From Candidatus Promineifilaceae bacterium (GTDB taxonomy: Bacteria > Chloroflexota > Anaerolineae > Promineifilales > Promineifilaceae): a stretch of DNA of 64,000 bases. The translations under genes and the position numbers were made by a program. Positions 61,732 to 64,000 of the stretch are shown here, piece after piece. Each line of letters opens with the position of its first letter. Positions within the stretch are counted from its first letter, which is position 1. The notes below the pieces were generated by a model that saw only the letters and a list, made by a program, of their open reading frames with translations, did not search any database and was not told where the DNA came from. Location of the stretch: contig JBMZDF010000001.1 of assembly GCA_049614105.1 (NCBI GenBank), forward strand, positions 24,338 to 88,337, given 5' to 3'.

Positions 61732-64000
61732 CCCCCCAGGAAACTGTTGAAGTATTAATTGCAGGTGACCCCATAACGCGCATCGATGCGCCAAAACTTG
61801 TCCAAACCCAACTCAAAACAATAGCACGGCAGACGGTTCGCCAAAACGTGGCGGCTGCAAATGAGGTGGTGCAAGCCGCCTATCGGTTTGCCGATCTTGT
61901 CTCAGCCGATTGGTCCCGCTCGTTTGCACTCACGCTTGCGGCCAATGTGCAACTGCTGGCCGTGGGCAACTACGAACAAGCGATCGGGCTGTTTGACAAA
62001 GCGGCCGCGCTTGCTGAGACACCGCTCGATCGTGCCGTCATACAGGTGGGCACAATTGCCGCGCTGCTGCATCAAGGGGCATTTGACAAAGCGGTACAGC
62101 TTGGCGACCTCATTGCCCCCATTCTTGAACAACATGGCGCAAATGAACAACTGGCAGGGATGCTGAACAATCTCGCGTTGGGGATGCATATTCGCCAAGG
62201 GAACGATGCGCTGGCGCTCGAACATTTTGAGCGTGCCGCCGCATTGTTAGACCCTAGTCATCCTTATTACGCGCTCATCCAGATGAACCACAGCGTGCCG
62301 TTGCGCCACTTGGGGCGGTTTGCTGCGTCGTTGCACTTTAGCACAACCGCCTATGACCAACTGATGGCGCAGGGCGCGACGGCCGAGGCGATCCGCGCAC
62401 ACCAGAATGTGGCGATGACCTATTTTACGCTGGGCAACTATAACGAGGCGTTGCGCTTGTTTGACGAGGTGCGTCAATTTTGGCTGGCAGACGGACGTGA
62501 GCGGGATGCGTTGGTTGTGGAGCTATTTGTCAGTGATGGCTTGTTTCAACTGTATCGTTACGGCGATGTCATCACGCGCTGTGAGCAAGCAATTGAGGGG
62601 TTGGCAACGCGCCAACTGCCGGGGGAACTGGCGCAGGCGTGGCTTCTTCTGGCACGCGCCTACGCCGCAATCGGGCGCACGGCTGATGCGCTGGCGGCGG
62701 TTGAACACGTGACCCAGCTATTTGCAGAGATAAATAATCAGCATGGTCAGCAGGTGGCGCAGCTAGAACGGGCTGCGATTTTGCTCCAGCAGGGCAAACA
62801 ATCGCAGGCGGCGATGCTGGCGGCGTCGTTAGTTGCGCCGCTGGGCGAACAGATTATGTTGCAGATGCGTGCTAAATTGATCGTTGCGGCGGCTAATTTG
62901 GCTGATAGCGCGACGGAAGGGCATCTGGAGCGCGTGATTGCGTGTGCAAAATCGGCCGAACTCAGCGGCGTACTTTATCGTGCCTATGCGCTGCTGGGGG
63001 ATTGGCACAGTCAGCACGGCCAGCCGTTGGCGGCGCTCAAACGTTATGAATCGGCGCTAGAGATTATTGAGTTGCTTAAAGGGCGGCTGATGGTTGAGTT
63101 TCGCATCAGCTTTGCCGATGGTGCGTTTGATATTTATGAAAAAGCGACCGCCCTGTGTATTGAGCAAAAAGCGTATGTCATGGCGCTTGATCTTGCAGAA
63201 CGGGCTAAATCGCGTGCGTTGCTCGATATGATTGCGCATCGCTTGGATTTGAGCATTCAAGCACGGCAGCCTACTGATGAACCGCTGGTGCGCGAACTGC
63301 TTGCGCTGCGTAAAAAGCGGGATCAGCTTTATCGGCAGTTGGGCAGCCGTGATGATTTGCGTTTGTCGACGATTGTTTCGACAACGCCTGCGCTGGCTGG
63401 GGTGCAGCAGCAGATCCAGCAGTATGAGGCGCAAATTACCGCCTTGTGGCATCAGTTGTTAATCCGCAACGCGGACTACACGCGGGAGTCGGCGCTGTGG
63501 CAGGTGCAGACGCAACGGCCACAGCTTGATGCTGATACGTTGCTGATTGAATACTTTACGCTGCAAGATCGGTTTGTGGTGTTCTTAGTTTCGGCCGAAA
63601 CGGTCGACGTGATCCAGCTTGAAGTCACAAGCAAAATGGTTGAACGCTGGCTTCAATTTTTCAAAATAAACTGTCAACGCGCCGTTCCAAATCGCCATTC
63701 TCCTAAACTGTATCGCGCCCTCACCGCACAAGCCGTTCAGTTTCTCCAAAATTTATATTCACAGCTCATCGCCCCTATTCGTTCGCGCCTCACCCACTAT
63801 CCCAATCTGATTATTGTGCCGCATGACATGCTGCATCATGTTCCGTTTCATGCGCTGCATGATGGAACCTGTTTTCTGCATGAAGCGCATGTTGTCAGCT
63901 ATTTGCCGAGCGCCACGCTGTTTACGCCGGCCCGTCGTCGTTCATCAATCGGCCGATTTGTCGCGTTTGGCTACTCCAACGCGGATCAGCTTCCCCACAC
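61728..64000 (+). CDS. TPR and CHAT-domain protein, 3'-partial because it runs off the window
   Basis: I translated this ORF myself; it is absent from the track because it has no stop codon. It reads MTPQETVEVLIAGDP..., followed by many TPR-like helices (GNYEQAIGLFDKAA, GNYNEALRLFDEV) and then LIIVPHDMLHHVPFHALHDG, typical of the start of a CHAT domain. Its ATGA overlaps the anti-sigma gene. Confidence 0.7.
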   Translation, partial: MTPQETVEVLIAGDPITRIDAPKLVQTQLKTIARQTVRQNVAAANEVVQAAYRFADLVSADWSRSFALTLAANVQLLAVGNYEQAIGLFDKAAALAETPLDRAVIQVGTIAALLHQGAFDKAVQLGDLIAPILEQHGANEQLAGMLNNLALGMHIRQGNDALALEHFERAAALLDPSHPYYALIQMNHSVPLRHLGRFAASLHFSTTAYDQLMAQGATAEAIRAHQNVAMTYFTLGNYNEALRLFDEVRQFWLADGRERDALVVELFVSDGLFQLYRYGDVITRCEQAIEGLATRQLPGELAQAWLLLARAYAAIGRTADALAAVEHVTQLFAEINNQHGQQVAQLERAAILLQQGKQSQAAMLAASLVAPLGEQIMLQMRAKLIVAAANLADSATEGHLERVIACAKSAELSGVLYRAYALLGDWHSQHGQPLAALKRYESALEIIELLKGRLMVEFRISFADGAFDIYEKATALCIEQKAYVMALDLAERAKSRALLDMIAHRLDLSIQARQPTDEPLVRELLALRKKRDQLYRQLGSRDDLRLSTIVSTTPALAGVQQQIQQYEAQITALWHQLLIRNADYTRESALWQVQTQRPQLDADTLLIEYFTLQDRFVVFLVSAETVDVIQLEVTSKMVERWLQFFKINCQRAVPNRHSPKLYRALTAQAVQFLQNLYSQLIAPIRSRLTHYPNLIIVPHDMLHHVPFHALHDGTCFLHEAHVVSYLPSATLFTPARRRSSIGRFVAFGYSNADQLPH

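Overview
This 64-kb window is about 50% G+C and densely coding, with roughly 50 genes. All calls come from reading the ORF translations and the DNA by eye; no searches were run. The gene content includes SARP/BTAD-STAND regulators, pentapeptide-repeat proteins, a CHAT-TPR protein, a giant beta-helix exoprotein with a CSLREA-like motif, and NHLM-type bacteriocin exporters. That mix suggests a filamentous Chloroflexota-like bacterium, but this taxon guess is low confidence. A Rep-like gene followed by iteron-like tandem repeats, plus a parA/partner pair with upstream repeats, suggests a plasmid, chromid or integrated element. The main blocks are as follows. (1) 230-6021: a giant secreted beta-helix/C11-like protein and a membrane FHA protein. 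(2) 6310-8345: five tandem paralogous excisionase-type HTH genes, each with its own near-consensus promoter, plus a duplicated 202-nt structured element. (3) 8397-9896: a Rep-like ORF and four ~78-bp tandem repeats. (4) 10014-13088: a P-type ATPase and a DedA/TVP38 protein. (5) 13429-19194: a C39-peptidase ABC exporter set with a small peptide gene nearby. (6) 19685-23397 and 37509-40971: modules combining an SPFH protein, an uncharacterised 4-copy paralog family and two degenerate P-type-ATPase-like proteins. (7) 27084-34431: a sensory operon with a pentapeptide/PBP fusion, a pentapeptide lipoprotein, an orphan SBP and a Cache-HAMP protein with a degenerate cyclase domain. (8) 42543-59206: a class II lanthipeptide locus. 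It holds a mersacidin-type precursor, a LanM whose cyclase domain appears to lack all zinc ligands, a GT1 glycosyltransferase, co-operonic signalling proteins and an NHLM-type exporter operon with an HExxH protein. (9) 59255-64000: a LuxR-type response regulator, an ECF-like sigma/anti-sigma pair and a CHAT-TPR protein that runs off the window. Across the whole window the palindrome TCGGCCGA, usually extended to TTCGGCCGAA, occurs about once per kb, which resembles the cyanobacterial HIP1 phenomenon.
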